Position numbers and translations under genes: made by a program. Of a DNA stretch of 35,064 nt, positions 18,739-27,898 are shown piece by piece (positions within the stretch are counted from its first letter, which is position 1; every line of letters begins with the position of its first letter). The DNA comes from Hyphomicrobiales bacterium (GTDB lineage: Bacteria; Pseudomonadota; Alphaproteobacteria; Rhizobiales; JAKIUO01): assembly GCA_027069645.1 (NCBI GenBank), contig JALXEI010000341.1:1-35064 (forward strand), written 5' to 3'. Below the pieces are notes generated by a model. That model made no database searches. It was not told where the DNA came from and saw only the letters and a program-made list of their open reading frames with translations.

Positions 18739-19119
18739 TCAGCCTCCAAAGCTCAGTTTCAGAACCGCAAACAGGCAGGCGAAGCCGATAAAGATCGAGA
18801 AAAACACATTGCCCATCAGAAAGAGAATCTTCAGCCCCTCATGCTGCACATAGTCTTCAACAATCACCTTGAAGCCGAGATACATGTGAAAGACCACCGA
18901 CAGAATAAACAGCATCAGCCCGATTGAGACAAAGGGCGAGCCGAGATAGGCGCGTACGGCGCTGTAATCGTCACCAATATGAAATACGATGGAAAACAGC
19001 AGAAACAGGGTCAGAAATATATTGGCCACCGCCGTCAGGCGCTGCCACCAGAAATGACTGGTCCCCGAACGAGCCGGCCCCAGGCCCCTTACCCGTCCCA
19101 GCGGTGTTTGCATGCTCAT
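18739..19119 (-). CDS. sdhD: succinate dehydrogenase hydrophobic membrane anchor subunit
   Basis: 126 aa with GTSHFWWQRLTAVAN...HMYLGFKVIVEDYV and three TM segments. RBS aaggag. It lies 12 nt downstream of sdhC. Confidence 0.9.
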   Translation of the reverse strand: MSMQTPLGRVRGLGPARSGTSHFWWQRLTAVANIFLTLFLLFSIVFHIGDDYSAVRAYLGSPFVSIGLMLFILSVVFHMYLGFKVIVEDYVQHEGLKILFLMGNVFFSIFIGFACLFAVLKLSFGG

Positions 19120-19131
19120 TTTGGCGCTCCT

Positions 19132-19539
19132 TTATAGATGTCCGCGCGCCCAGTAGGCGAGGAACCAGACGAGAATGGTCAGCAACACCGAACCGATCAG
19201 CGTCCCCCATGCCAGTATGTCCAGGGTCTTTTTCTCAAACCCGGCGCCGGTATCCCACAAAAGATGACGCATGCCGCCCAGCATGTGATGAATCAGCGCC
19301 CAGCTGTAGCCCAGCAGAATGAAGCGTCCGATATTTGAGCCGAAAAAACCGTTGACCTCGTTGAAATAGCGCTCGCTCGACGCCGCAGCGATCAGCCACC
19401 AGGCGAGCAGAAATGTGCCGAAATAGAGCACCGCGCCGGATATGCGATGGGCAATCGACATCATCATGGTCATGGTAAAGCGATAGATTTGCAGGTGAGG
19501 CGAAAGCGGACGGTCTGCCGGATTGCGATATTTTGCCAT
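19132..19539 (-). CDS. sdhC: succinate dehydrogenase cytochrome b556 subunit
   Basis: 135 aa with RPLSPHLQIYRF...SIAHRISG...HHMLGGMRHLLWD, the heme-ligand context typical of SdhC. Confidence 0.9.
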   Translation of the reverse strand: MAKYRNPADRPLSPHLQIYRFTMTMMMSIAHRISGAVLYFGTFLLAWWLIAAASSERYFNEVNGFFGSNIGRFILLGYSWALIHHMLGGMRHLLWDTGAGFEKKTLDILAWGTLIGSVLLTILVWFLAYWARGHL

Positions 19540-19594
19540 AGTGATCCCCCTCGGGTGCCGTCATGAGATCATGAACAGGCATTTGTTCAGGCGA

Positions 19595-19624
19595 ACTATA
19601 GAACCGGAAAGGTCGTTGTCACAA
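19595..19624 (-). promoter_or_regulatory. candidate sigma70-type promoter for sdhC
   Basis: On the minus strand it reads cTTGTGAcaacgacctttccggttcTATAGT, about 55 nt upstream of the sdhC ATG. This is motif resemblance only. Confidence 0.25.
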
Positions 19625-19658
19625 GGAGAAACTTGTGCATTCAACCGGAGAATTGCAA

Positions 19659-20300
19659 TCACTGCGGTGGCTTGCCGGAAGAGGCTTTCTTCGGTGCCGC
19701 CGGGTTGCCCGAGAAACCGCGACTGGACCTGGAGCCGATGACAGATTGCTGTCCTGGTGCATTCCCCCTGTCGGCCCGGGTGCGGAAGGTATCATTATAA
19801 CAGCGCATCATATGGCGACAACGCATGACGCCGGGGGGGTGGCGACGATTGCCCGGAAGGTGCCGGATAAAGGAACAGGCCTGCTTCAACCCCTTGCGAT
19901 TCATGAGACCTTCACGGCGCACCTTCTGCACGGCCCAGCAATCCGCCGCCAGTTCGCTGCCACCAACATACTGGTGCGCACATTCGTGATAATAGATCAG
20001 CAATTTGGCGCCGCGGGGCAAATTGCGCAGCCGGCGCGGATTGAGAATGATCAGCCCGCGGCGGGCGGCCCCGTAATCGGGATAGCTCCCGGAAACAAGC
20101 GCCGGTATTGTCCCGCATTTGACAACAAAGCCGTCGATCATCAGTTGTCCGGGTCTGATCAGCTTGCGGGCCGGTGCAGCGCCGAGCGGGGCTATCAGCG
20201 GCAAGAACCCCAATCCGGCCACCATGACAGCGCACAGAAACGGCTGCAAAAATGTCAGCCCGTTCAATTTTTGCTCACCTCGTCGAAAGCGCTTCAACAC
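19659..20300 (-). CDS. hypothetical exported protein with HExxH motif
   Basis: It has an N-terminal hydrophobic signal-like segment (LTFLQPFLCAVMVAGLGFLPLIAPLGA), an internal YYHECAHQY (HExxH) motif and a Cys-rich C-terminal half. It was preferred over the overlapping + strand ORF 19635-20489. Confidence 0.5.
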   Translation of the reverse strand: MLKRFRRGEQKLNGLTFLQPFLCAVMVAGLGFLPLIAPLGAAPARKLIRPGQLMIDGFVVKCGTIPALVSGSYPDYGAARRGLIILNPRRLRNLPRGAKLLIYYHECAHQYVGGSELAADCWAVQKVRREGLMNRKGLKQACSFIRHLPGNRRHPPGVMRCRHMMRCYNDTFRTRADRGNAPGQQSVIGSRSSRGFSGNPAAPKKASSGKPPQ

Positions 20301-20479
20301 AAGGCTCCTGTTATGCGTCCGGCCCTTGCCCGTTTCCTAGTTTGTCCCTCATTGTCACAACGGTACCTGTTGCCAGGACAGCATAGCATAAAACCGGTTC
20401 TTTTTGGGGCAGATCATTGCCCATGCCCGGTCAGGATGTCAAATCACCTCCCGACCACAAAAAGGGGCGATACGGATGA

Positions 20480-21103
20480 TCAGAGGTAATTGATATGAAA
20501 ATGCCGGGCCTTTTCAAAATGCGACAGGGTCAGGCAGAGGCTGCGAATTCTGAGGGTATAAAAATATCCCGCTTTGACAAATCCGTTTTTCAAATGAGCT
20601 TTGACAGAGGCGCTGTTTCCGGTGGAAATGCCGCAATAAAGGCTGTGTGCACCCTTCAGGCGAATATCACTGGTAACAAAGCTGTAAAAATCGCTCATCA
20701 CACCGCGACGACGCCATTTCTCGACGGTAAAAAGATTATAGGCAAAAACAACTCCTGGCGGCAGTGGCATGAAAACATCATAGGTGATTTCGATCTCGTC
20801 AAACATCAGCCAGCCATAAAAAACCGGCTCTTCCGCAATCGATCCGATCAGCAATATGTCACCGGCCTGCAAGCGTTGCAGGGCAAAGTCACGCTGATGC
20901 TGCGACATGGGGTTCATCTTTTCGACGAGCCCGAGTGCCTCGGCGTCTCTGTAAATCGAAAAACGGGCAGGCGGTTTTTGCCCCGCATGCTTTCTCACCG
21001 GCACAAGATCCGGCAAATGATAAATATTTTGCAAATCCAGAGCGAAAAGGCTGTTTTTCAGCCGGGACAGTTTTTGTCTGATCGACAACCCGGCCGCTTT
21101 CAT
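20480..21103 (-). CDS. GNAT-family acetyltransferase-like protein
   Basis: The segment FTVEKWRRRGVMSDFYSFV resembles GNAT motif A (R/Q-x-x-G-x-G/A), with a following NxxSxxAHLKNGF segment. The start is uncertain. Confidence 0.55.
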   Translation of the reverse strand: MKAAGLSIRQKLSRLKNSLFALDLQNIYHLPDLVPVRKHAGQKPPARFSIYRDAEALGLVEKMNPMSQHQRDFALQRLQAGDILLIGSIAEEPVFYGWLMFDEIEITYDVFMPLPPGVVFAYNLFTVEKWRRRGVMSDFYSFVTSDIRLKGAHSLYCGISTGNSASVKAHLKNGFVKAGYFYTLRIRSLCLTLSHFEKARHFHINYL

Positions 21104-21145
21104 GTTGGTCTCCCTGCAATGACTGTATTCTGTACAACTTACCCG

Positions 21146-21165
21146 GACCGTAAACTCATAAACGG
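21146..21165. repeat. solitary arm of the GGCCGTAAACTCATAAACAGG repeat family
   Basis: The sequence gaccgtaaactcataaacgg contains the stop codon (tca on +, TGA on -) of the glycosyltransferase gene. Confidence 0.6.
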
Positions 21166-22265
21166 CGGGCCGCGAGGCGGGACAATTCCCCGATCAGGTT
21201 CTCGCGATCCTCGTCTGCCGCTCTGTTCCAGCGCTGCAAATTTTCCGCCGCCTCAAGGGCAAAACGGTTGCGCCAGCCCTCTTTTGCGACCACGGCGCCG
21301 ATATGAGCGGCGGCCTCGCGCGGATCGTGCGGATTGATCAGAACACCGCCCGCCCCGAGAACCTCGCGAAAGACCCTGGCATCGGGGGCAATGATCGGCA
21401 ATCCGGCATATTGCGCTTCCAGCAGCGGCAAACCCAGCCCCTCGTCCCGCGAGGTATTGATAAACAGGTCGGCGCGCGCCATCAGTTCCCTGGTTTCTTC
21501 AATCGGCAGATAGCCATGTAATGTCACACCTGCGGTTTTTTGCAAGCGCTCGACATCATCACCCCAGCCAAACCGGCCAACAATATCCAGCGTTGCACCC
21601 TCATGGCCCCCGACCCGCAAGGCTTCAAGGATCGCCGCTGCGGCAGCAAGGTTCTTGCGAGGCTCGACTGTTCCAAGGGCGATCAGACGCAACGGCCCCT
21701 TTTCCTCACGCGGCTGGCTTCGCGTGCTGTCATCCAGCCCGAATATATTACGCACAGACGGGCGATAAAGCATAATTTTTGCGTCAGGACGACAAAAACG
21801 GCGCAACTCGTCACGGGTATATTGCGAATTGACAAGAAAACGCGGCAACGTCCTGACCGCCCGTCTGAACGGCGGCGCCATATACAAGCGGGCCCGTCTG
21901 TTCAGGTCTTTTTTGCGGGTCATTAAAAACAGATCATGAATATAGGGAATGACCCGCGCGCCAAACAGCGACAGGGCAAACGAGGGCGGGAAACCGGGAC
22001 ACAGCATCAGCGCCTTTTTGTCTCGCACCATTTTCATCGGCAGGGTCAGGTTCTGCCTCAAAACGAGGTCCGCGGTTCCCGATGCGGTGAGCGGGGTCAG
22101 CTCCAGCGGCGCAAGACTGTCTGCGGAAAACAGCTCCTCGGTAATGCGCTCCAGCCCGGTGACATGACGCCCGAGATGGGTATGATCGACATAAATCGAC
22201 GTTTTCTGCCCGCCGTCCGGGCGGTAACTGTCTTCCTGAAACTTCATAATCGAATGAAAACTCAC
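21156..22265 (-). CDS. glycosyltransferase family 1 (GT4-type)
   Basis: C-terminal Rossmann domain with SRDEGLGLPLLEAQYAGLPIIAPD (the E-x7-E region). The start is GTG 22265 or ATG 22247. Confidence 0.85.
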   Translation of the reverse strand: MSFHSIMKFQEDSYRPDGGQKTSIYVDHTHLGRHVTGLERITEELFSADSLAPLELTPLTASGTADLVLRQNLTLPMKMVRDKKALMLCPGFPPSFALSLFGARVIPYIHDLFLMTRKKDLNRRARLYMAPPFRRAVRTLPRFLVNSQYTRDELRRFCRPDAKIMLYRPSVRNIFGLDDSTRSQPREEKGPLRLIALGTVEPRKNLAAAAAILEALRVGGHEGATLDIVGRFGWGDDVERLQKTAGVTLHGYLPIEETRELMARADLFINTSRDEGLGLPLLEAQYAGLPIIAPDARVFREVLGAGGVLINPHDPREAAAHIGAVVAKEGWRNRFALEAAENLQRWNRAADEDRENLIGELSRLAARRL

Positions 22266-22288
22266 TGATAAACCCGCCTGATCTGTAT

Positions 22289-22340
22289 CAGGCCGTAAAC
22301 TCGTAAACAGGATTGATCCTGTTTACAAGTTTACGGCCTG
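22289..22340. repeat. compact palindromic copy of the same repeat family (two 25-bp arms, 2-nt spacer)
   Basis: The arms are caggccgtaaactcgtaaacaggat and atcctgtttacaagtttacggcctg, with 1 mismatch. The element lies between the Wzy-like gene and the GT gene and contains the Wzy-like stop codon. Confidence 0.85.
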
Positions 22341-23681
22341 ACTTTTTTGGTGTTTTGGCAACAGCAGCAACTGCATGGCGACAACGATCACCAGGTCAGT
22401 CCCCTTGGCCGAGAGGCTGACCGAAGTACTGGAAACGATGAGAAAATAGGCAAGGGGCCAGATGGCAACGGGGGCCGAGGCCCGGACCACATCGCCCAGA
22501 AAGGCAAACAGACCGATGAAAAAAATCACCGATACAATCAGGCCATAGGATAAAACAAAGGCCACCCAGAAGCTTTCAATGCCGAAATTGAGCCCCTGGG
22601 CGCGCAGCAGCGAGGCCACATATTCGGGGTCCGGGCCGATCAGAATATCGAGCGCGGACAAATCGCGAAAGACTTCAAACATGATGATCCGGGCGCTGGC
22701 GCTGCCCTTGTCATTGACAAAACGCTCGACAAACTGATCAAACAGGCCGGCTTCAAAGCCGATCACCAGTGCCGATATGCCAAGCGGCACCAGCAGGCTG
22801 CCCAGCAGCCAGTTGCGCCTGTTGGCCCGGCGGCCATTCAGAACCGGGATCAGTCTGAAACTGAAAATGACCAGCAGGAAGGCCAGCAGCGTGACCAGTG
22901 CCATGCGCCCGCCAAAGGCATTCATGGCCAGCAGATTGATGCCGAAAAGGATCGGCTTCATGCCCCACGACAGACGGTCACAGCCCCCCAGAGCCAGGGT
23001 CACGAGATAGGAACCGGTAATCAGCGCATTGGTCAGCGGATGCCCCAGAAGTGCGGAGGAACGCCAGTCACCCTCGATGATAAAACCGCCGGCATCAATT
23101 GGGGTCAGACGAAAGCCGGTGAGAAACTCAAACAGCCCCAGCAGGGCATTGACCAGCATGACATAATGAATGAGGCGCGCCAGTTTGAAACGCCCCTGCT
23201 CGTCAATAGCCGTCAGCAAAACCAGCATCACGACCGGAAAGATGAAAGTATCGATAATCGGTGTGAACGGCTTGTGCTGAATAACGGTGATCTGAAACAA
23301 CAGCAGAGCCCAGGTCACCAGAAAGAACAGCGTGCCCTTGTGGCGGGTGAAAAGTATATCGATGAATTCCAGCGGCCGGGATCGCGAAAACCACAGCAAA
23401 AACAGCGTTGCAACGGCAAGAAAATGCGCCGGATGGATTTTTTCAAGCGCCGTACCGCCTTCAAGGTCATAGCGAATGCCAAACCGGGTCAGCAACATGC
23501 TGGAGATGCCCATCACCAGAAACAATGACAGGCCGACAAGAAACACCAGCAGCGGAGAGGACCGCCCGGTGCTTCCCGACAGGCCCCCGATCCGTTGCTG
23601 TGCTGAAATAGAGGTGAATTCTGCCGCCATGCCCTGTTTCCGTCCGGGATTCCGTTTTTCTGCTACAACTGTCCCATGCAC
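22323..23681 (-). CDS. O-antigen ligase/polymerase-like (Wzy-type) integral membrane protein
   Basis: About 10-12 hydrophobic segments, with a larger loop after the mid-protein region (SSALLGHPLTNALI...). It sits in a polysaccharide locus. The start is 23681 or 23630. Confidence 0.65.
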   Translation of the reverse strand: MHGTVVAEKRNPGRKQGMAAEFTSISAQQRIGGLSGSTGRSSPLLVFLVGLSLFLVMGISSMLLTRFGIRYDLEGGTALEKIHPAHFLAVATLFLLWFSRSRPLEFIDILFTRHKGTLFFLVTWALLLFQITVIQHKPFTPIIDTFIFPVVMLVLLTAIDEQGRFKLARLIHYVMLVNALLGLFEFLTGFRLTPIDAGGFIIEGDWRSSALLGHPLTNALITGSYLVTLALGGCDRLSWGMKPILFGINLLAMNAFGGRMALVTLLAFLLVIFSFRLIPVLNGRRANRRNWLLGSLLVPLGISALVIGFEAGLFDQFVERFVNDKGSASARIIMFEVFRDLSALDILIGPDPEYVASLLRAQGLNFGIESFWVAFVLSYGLIVSVIFFIGLFAFLGDVVRASAPVAIWPLAYFLIVSSTSVSLSAKGTDLVIVVAMQLLLLPKHQKSQAVNL

Positions 23682-23731
23682 AAACCGCGCCGAAAAGGAA
23701 ACAAAAAGCCGGAAAAGTTCCTGAAAAATAC

Positions 23732-25966
23732 TCAGATCTGTTCGGAATCAACGGCTGAAACAATCACCCCGGCCATTTTCCGGGCTGGCACATCAAGGGC
23801 CCGCAGAGCTTCGAGAACCGTCTTGCGGCTGGTTTCACCGGTACGGACCACAAGAGCCACCTGATCCACCACATCCACCAGCATATGGGCAAGACCCGAA
23901 TTGAGAATGGCCCCGCCATCGACAAGAACGAGATCATAATTGCGGGCGATTTCCGGTAACCGGGCCAGCATGGTCTGATATTCACCCCAGTTGATGGCCT
24001 GATGTTTCCTGTCTCCCGAAACAAGCGGCAGGAATGACAGCCCCAGCGCCTTGTCCTCGACAACGAGATCAGCAAGATCCGCCTTGCCGGACAGTACATC
24101 CCGCAAGGCCCCGCCATTTTCGGGCGCGAGGGTTACCGACAGATCCCCCTTGCCCCCGTCCCCGTCAACAAGCAACACCTTGCGCTTTTGCAGGGCTGCC
24201 GAAATGGCCGCGCTCCAGGCAATGGAAGAACTGCCCTCGTGGGGCTGCGAACTCACCAGCATAACGGTTTGGCCCTGTTCTGCATTTTTGGTTTTCACGA
24301 GGTTGCGCACCACACCCATTACTGCCGTTGCATAGGGAGAACCGACACGCGCCAGTTCCTGATAGAGACGGTAATAGGACCCCTGCTCTGCCGCCCCGGC
24401 CGACCGCCGCCCCAACAGCGCGCGCAGCGCGGCAAAACGCCGGGGAACGATATTGGGAACGGTACCAAGACTGCGCAAACCGATGGTCTGTTCCAGATCA
24501 ACGACCGAAGTGAAACGATCCTGGCGATAGTCATTGACCAGAGCCCCCGCCAGCCCCAGACCAAGCCCCAAAAGCAGGGCAAGAGGCAAAATAATCTTCT
24601 TTTTCGGCCAGCTTGCCCATTGCGGCGGGGAAGCCGGGGAAATGATCCGGGCATCAATCAGATTGATCTTTTCCTCGGCACCGGCTTCACGGGCTTTCGC
24701 CAGTACCTGCTCGAAAACAGCCCGGCGGGCATTGGCCTCGCGTTCCAGAGCGGCCAGTTCGACACGGGCCTGATTGGTGATATCCGTCACGCCCCGGGCA
24801 CGGGCGATCCGCTTTTCAAGGGCACTGACGCGTTTTTTCTCGACGGCATAATCCGCCTGCAAGGAGGCGGCAATGCGCCGCAATTCCGCATTGATGAGTT
24901 TTCGCGAACGGGCCAGCCGGGCACGTGCCGCAATCATTTGCGGATGGCGGCTGCCCAGCGTTGTCGCCAGTTGCGCCTCGCGCCTTGCCGAGCGGGCATA
25001 TTGCTCACGCACACTGGCAATGAGCCGCGAATTGACGGCAGCATCAAAACTTTCGGGAATAACGCCAGAGCGCACGATCTGACGCACCTTGTCGGCCCGC
25101 GCTGCGGCTTGTGTCATACGGTTTCTGGCCGCCAGTAGTTCATCATTAAGGCGTGACAAATGACGCTCGTTGACCAGCGCGCCTTCGGCCGCAACAATAT
25201 TGTGTTTTTGCCTGAAGGCCTGCACCTTCAGTTCGGCCTCGCGGACTCTGGCACGAAGAACGGCAAGGCGATCCTGAAGCAACTCTGACATCTCCCGGGT
25301 ATTGCTGGCCTGATTCTCCACCTCGTCACTGATATAGGCACTGGCAACAGCGCGCGAAAGACGGGCCGCCTTGTCGGCATCACGGGAGTTGACACTGACC
25401 TCAACAACATAGGTCTGCGAAGGACGCTTGACGGACAGTTTGTCGTGCAAACGGCGCAGCGCCTCCCGACGTTTTTCAGGCGTTGGCATCACGTATTCGG
25501 GCGCCCCCTGCAAACCGGCCAGACGTTTCAGCCAGTCCACCGGCCCGCCCCCTGCCGCTTGCGAAAATTCCGGATCATTGACAAGGTTTTCACTGTCGAC
25601 AACCCGGGCAAGAACCGCATCCGAAGCGATGATCCGGGTCTGGCTTTCGATCAGAATCTGGTTGGTATTGCCATCCTGGGGAATATAGTCCTTGCCAAAC
25701 ACTTTCCTCGGCTGGGGATTGATGAGAATTTTCGTCGAGGCCGTATATCTTGTCGTTGCCGTCATCACATAGGCCAGAGCCACCAGCAAGCTCAAAGCGG
25801 TTGTCATGCCGATCAGCAACCATTGCTGCCTGATGATCCTGAAAAAACCGGATATATCGAGACCGTGAACAAGTTCCTGCGAACCGTGAAGCGCCGCCGA
25901 CGCCCTGTCGGCCATCAGGCCTGTTGATAATTCACTGCTCAGCTCGTCAAAATTGCCGATACTCAT
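23732..25966 (-). CDS. polysaccharide co-polymerase / chain-length determinant, ExoP/GumC/Wzc-like, with degenerate C-terminal P-loop domain
   Basis: It has a Wzz-type N-terminus with a TM segment (WLLIGMTTALSLLVALAYV), a long coiled-coil periplasmic region and a second TM segment (IILPLALLLGLGLGLAGALV). The C-terminal MinD/BY-kinase-like domain carries VLLVDGD and YDLVLVDGG. The start is ATG 25966 or 26023. Confidence 0.85.
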   Translation of the reverse strand: MSIGNFDELSSELSTGLMADRASAALHGSQELVHGLDISGFFRIIRQQWLLIGMTTALSLLVALAYVMTATTRYTASTKILINPQPRKVFGKDYIPQDGNTNQILIESQTRIIASDAVLARVVDSENLVNDPEFSQAAGGGPVDWLKRLAGLQGAPEYVMPTPEKRREALRRLHDKLSVKRPSQTYVVEVSVNSRDADKAARLSRAVASAYISDEVENQASNTREMSELLQDRLAVLRARVREAELKVQAFRQKHNIVAAEGALVNERHLSRLNDELLAARNRMTQAAARADKVRQIVRSGVIPESFDAAVNSRLIASVREQYARSARREAQLATTLGSRHPQMIAARARLARSRKLINAELRRIAASLQADYAVEKKRVSALEKRIARARGVTDITNQARVELAALEREANARRAVFEQVLAKAREAGAEEKINLIDARIISPASPPQWASWPKKKIILPLALLLGLGLGLAGALVNDYRQDRFTSVVDLEQTIGLRSLGTVPNIVPRRFAALRALLGRRSAGAAEQGSYYRLYQELARVGSPYATAVMGVVRNLVKTKNAEQGQTVMLVSSQPHEGSSSIAWSAAISAALQKRKVLLVDGDGGKGDLSVTLAPENGGALRDVLSGKADLADLVVEDKALGLSFLPLVSGDRKHQAINWGEYQTMLARLPEIARNYDLVLVDGGAILNSGLAHMLVDVVDQVALVVRTGETSRKTVLEALRALDVPARKMAGVIVSAVDSEQI

Positions 25967-26023
25967 AAGATCTGTACTCTGCCTTGAACTACAAAAGACT
26001 GGCCCAATCGCCAGGATCCGCAT

Positions 26024-26437
26024 TTGTTAGCTATTTCGTAACGATGCGATCAGTTCAATGATAGCAAAATCCATGCCTGCTCCTTGACCAGACCGCCATA
26101 ACAAAGAATATGGCTAACAAACCGGAAAGGCGCGAAACCGTATCAAAACAATACACAATGATTTCATAATCAGGCACGCGATTCAGATCGGCAATATTCT
26201 CCCCCCGCAACATGATACGCATGAATACATATTTATAATTGCATTACTATCTTTTAACGTGAATATATTGATTTTTTTTGTAAAACAGCCTATTCGACAT
26301 CCAGGCTCCCGCCCCTCTTGCATGCTCCTTGCATGGAATCCTGGCAGGAGGCCCTGCCCTCTTTCCGATCCGAAAGCGGCGGGAACTCTCCGTTGTCACA
26401 TGTAAACACAAGAAGCCGTTTGGTCAGGTACCATATC
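26024..26437. promoter_or_regulatory. AT-rich divergent control region of the polysaccharide locus
   Basis: About 410 bp of non-coding, conspicuously AT-rich DNA (for example catatttataattgcattactatcttttaacgtgaatatattgatttttttt). It lies between the divergent ExoP-like and priming-transferase genes. A short direct repeat cttgcatg occurs twice near 26317-26336. Confidence 0.4.
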
Positions 26438-27898
26438 ATGTCTGATATTTCCCAGCGCGTTCCCTCCCGGATTTCAGCCGGTAGCAACTATTCGCTCTTT
26501 CATCCCTATCTGTTCGGCCCGCTTGCTTTTATTGGCGAATTCGGCACGATTGTCGCCACTTCGCTGCTGACCGGTATGGCCTATCACCTTGCGGTTTACG
26601 GTGATACGGGGCCGCTCGCCCTGTTCCTGAAAACCGGCCTTATGGTCGCACTGTTCTTTACGCTTCCCTTTCTCTTTCGCGAAAAATACAATCTCACCAG
26701 CTACATCACCAGCGATGTCCGCATTGCCGAACAGTTTTTCATCTGGAACTATGCCTTTTCCACCATGTTTGCCATCGGCTTTTTGACCAAATCCACGGAA
26801 ATTTTCTCCCGCGGTACGCTGGTGCTGTTTTATTTCGCCGGGTTTGCGGCTGTTGTCGGACTGCACAGGCTGCTCGTGACCCATATAAAAGCCGGCTGCA
26901 AGACCGGTCGGGTGGCTGCGCGACAGATCATGCTGGTGGGAACGGATGCCAAAATCCGCGAATTCCAGAAACAGTATGAACCCTGGAATCATGGCCTGCG
27001 CATCAACCACTGCATCACACTCGACGATCATTTTGATGGCTCCGAGCGTGATGGCGATGCCCTCGAACTGGAAGAAACACTTGACAATGCCCTGTCCCTG
27101 ACACGACAGGACAGTCTTGATGATATCATTCTGCTTCTGCCCTGGTCGCGCCGCTCGCTGATCGAGCGCTGCGTTGACCGTTTTTCGACAAGTTCGGTTT
27201 CCATCCATCTGGGACCGCAAGCCATTTTCAGCCGCTTTGTTGACGCCCGCCTGACAAGGCTGGGTTCCATTGCCACACTCAATCTGGTGCGCCCGCCCCT
27301 GTCGCTGATGGAAACAACCCTGAAACGCAGCTTTGATATCGTTGCTTCCCTTGTCGGGCTGATCCTCCTGTCACCGCTTATGCTCGCCTTCATCCTTGCC
27401 ATTCGGCTCGACAGCAAGGGACCGGCCTTTTTCCGCCAGACCCGTTACGGCTTTAATCTCCAGCCTTTTGAAATTCTCAAATTCCGCACCATGACGGTGA
27501 TGGAAAACGGCGAAGAGGTCAAACAGGCCATAAAAGATGATCCGCGTATCACCCGCATTGGACGCTTCATGCGCAAATGGAATATTGATGAACTGCCGCA
27601 GCTTATCAATGTCCTCAAGGGGGATATGTCGCTGGTCGGCCCCCGTCCCCATGCCCTCGCCCATGACCATGAATTTGCAGAAAAAATCACCCGCTACGCC
27701 CGCCGTATGAACGTCCAGCCCGGCATCACCGGACTTGCCCAGGTGAATGGCTATCGCGGCCCCACGGATACAGATGAAAAAATTCGCAAACGCGTCGAAT
27801 ATGATTTGCACTATATTGATAACTGGTCATTCCTGCTTGATATCAATATTCTGTTCATGACCCTGTTTTCGAAAAAAGCCTATGACAATGCTCATTAA
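26438..27898 (+). CDS. undecaprenyl-phosphate sugar phosphotransferase (WbaP/ExoY-type priming glycosyltransferase)
   Basis: It has N-terminal TM segments and a central domain. The C-terminal bacterial sugar transferase domain carries KRSFDIVASLVGLILLSPL...FRQTRYGFN...FEILKFRTM...DELPQLINVLKGDMSLVGPRP. The start is uncertain (26318-26438). Confidence 0.9.
   Translation: MSDISQRVPSRISAGSNYSLFHPYLFGPLAFIGEFGTIVATSLLTGMAYHLAVYGDTGPLALFLKTGLMVALFFTLPFLFREKYNLTSYITSDVRIAEQFFIWNYAFSTMFAIGFLTKSTEIFSRGTLVLFYFAGFAAVVGLHRLLVTHIKAGCKTGRVAARQIMLVGTDAKIREFQKQYEPWNHGLRINHCITLDDHFDGSERDGDALELEETLDNALSLTRQDSLDDIILLLPWSRRSLIERCVDRFSTSSVSIHLGPQAIFSRFVDARLTRLGSIATLNLVRPPLSLMETTLKRSFDIVASLVGLILLSPLMLAFILAIRLDSKGPAFFRQTRYGFNLQPFEILKFRTMTVMENGEEVKQAIKDDPRITRIGRFMRKWNIDELPQLINVLKGDMSLVGPRPHALAHDHEFAEKITRYARRMNVQPGITGLAQVNGYRGPTDTDEKIRKRVEYDLHYIDNWSFLLDINILFMTLFSKKAYDNAH

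Noticed and set aside
19635-20489. 284-aa + strand ORF overlapping the HExxH protein gene
   Set aside because: The translation lacks a signal, motifs or an RBS and runs across an intergenic gap. The minus-strand ORF has a signal peptide and an HExxH motif. Residual uncertainty is acknowledged.
20495-21337. 280-aa + strand ORF across the GNAT gene and into the GT gene
   Set aside because: It spans two minus-strand genes and the repeat between them. Its C-terminal part is Arg/Pro low complexity.
22289-22350. Rho-independent terminator on the + strand (hairpin followed by acttttttgg)
   Set aside because: No + strand gene reads into it. On the transcribed minus strand there is no U-tract after the stem. 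It was treated as a repeat-family hairpin that may affect mRNA stability rather than a canonical terminator.
24188-25138. 316-aa + strand ORF inside the ExoP-like gene
   Set aside because: It is antisense to a gene with clear Wzz/P-loop architecture and has a low-complexity Arg/Gly/Pro-rich translation. It is a shadow ORF.
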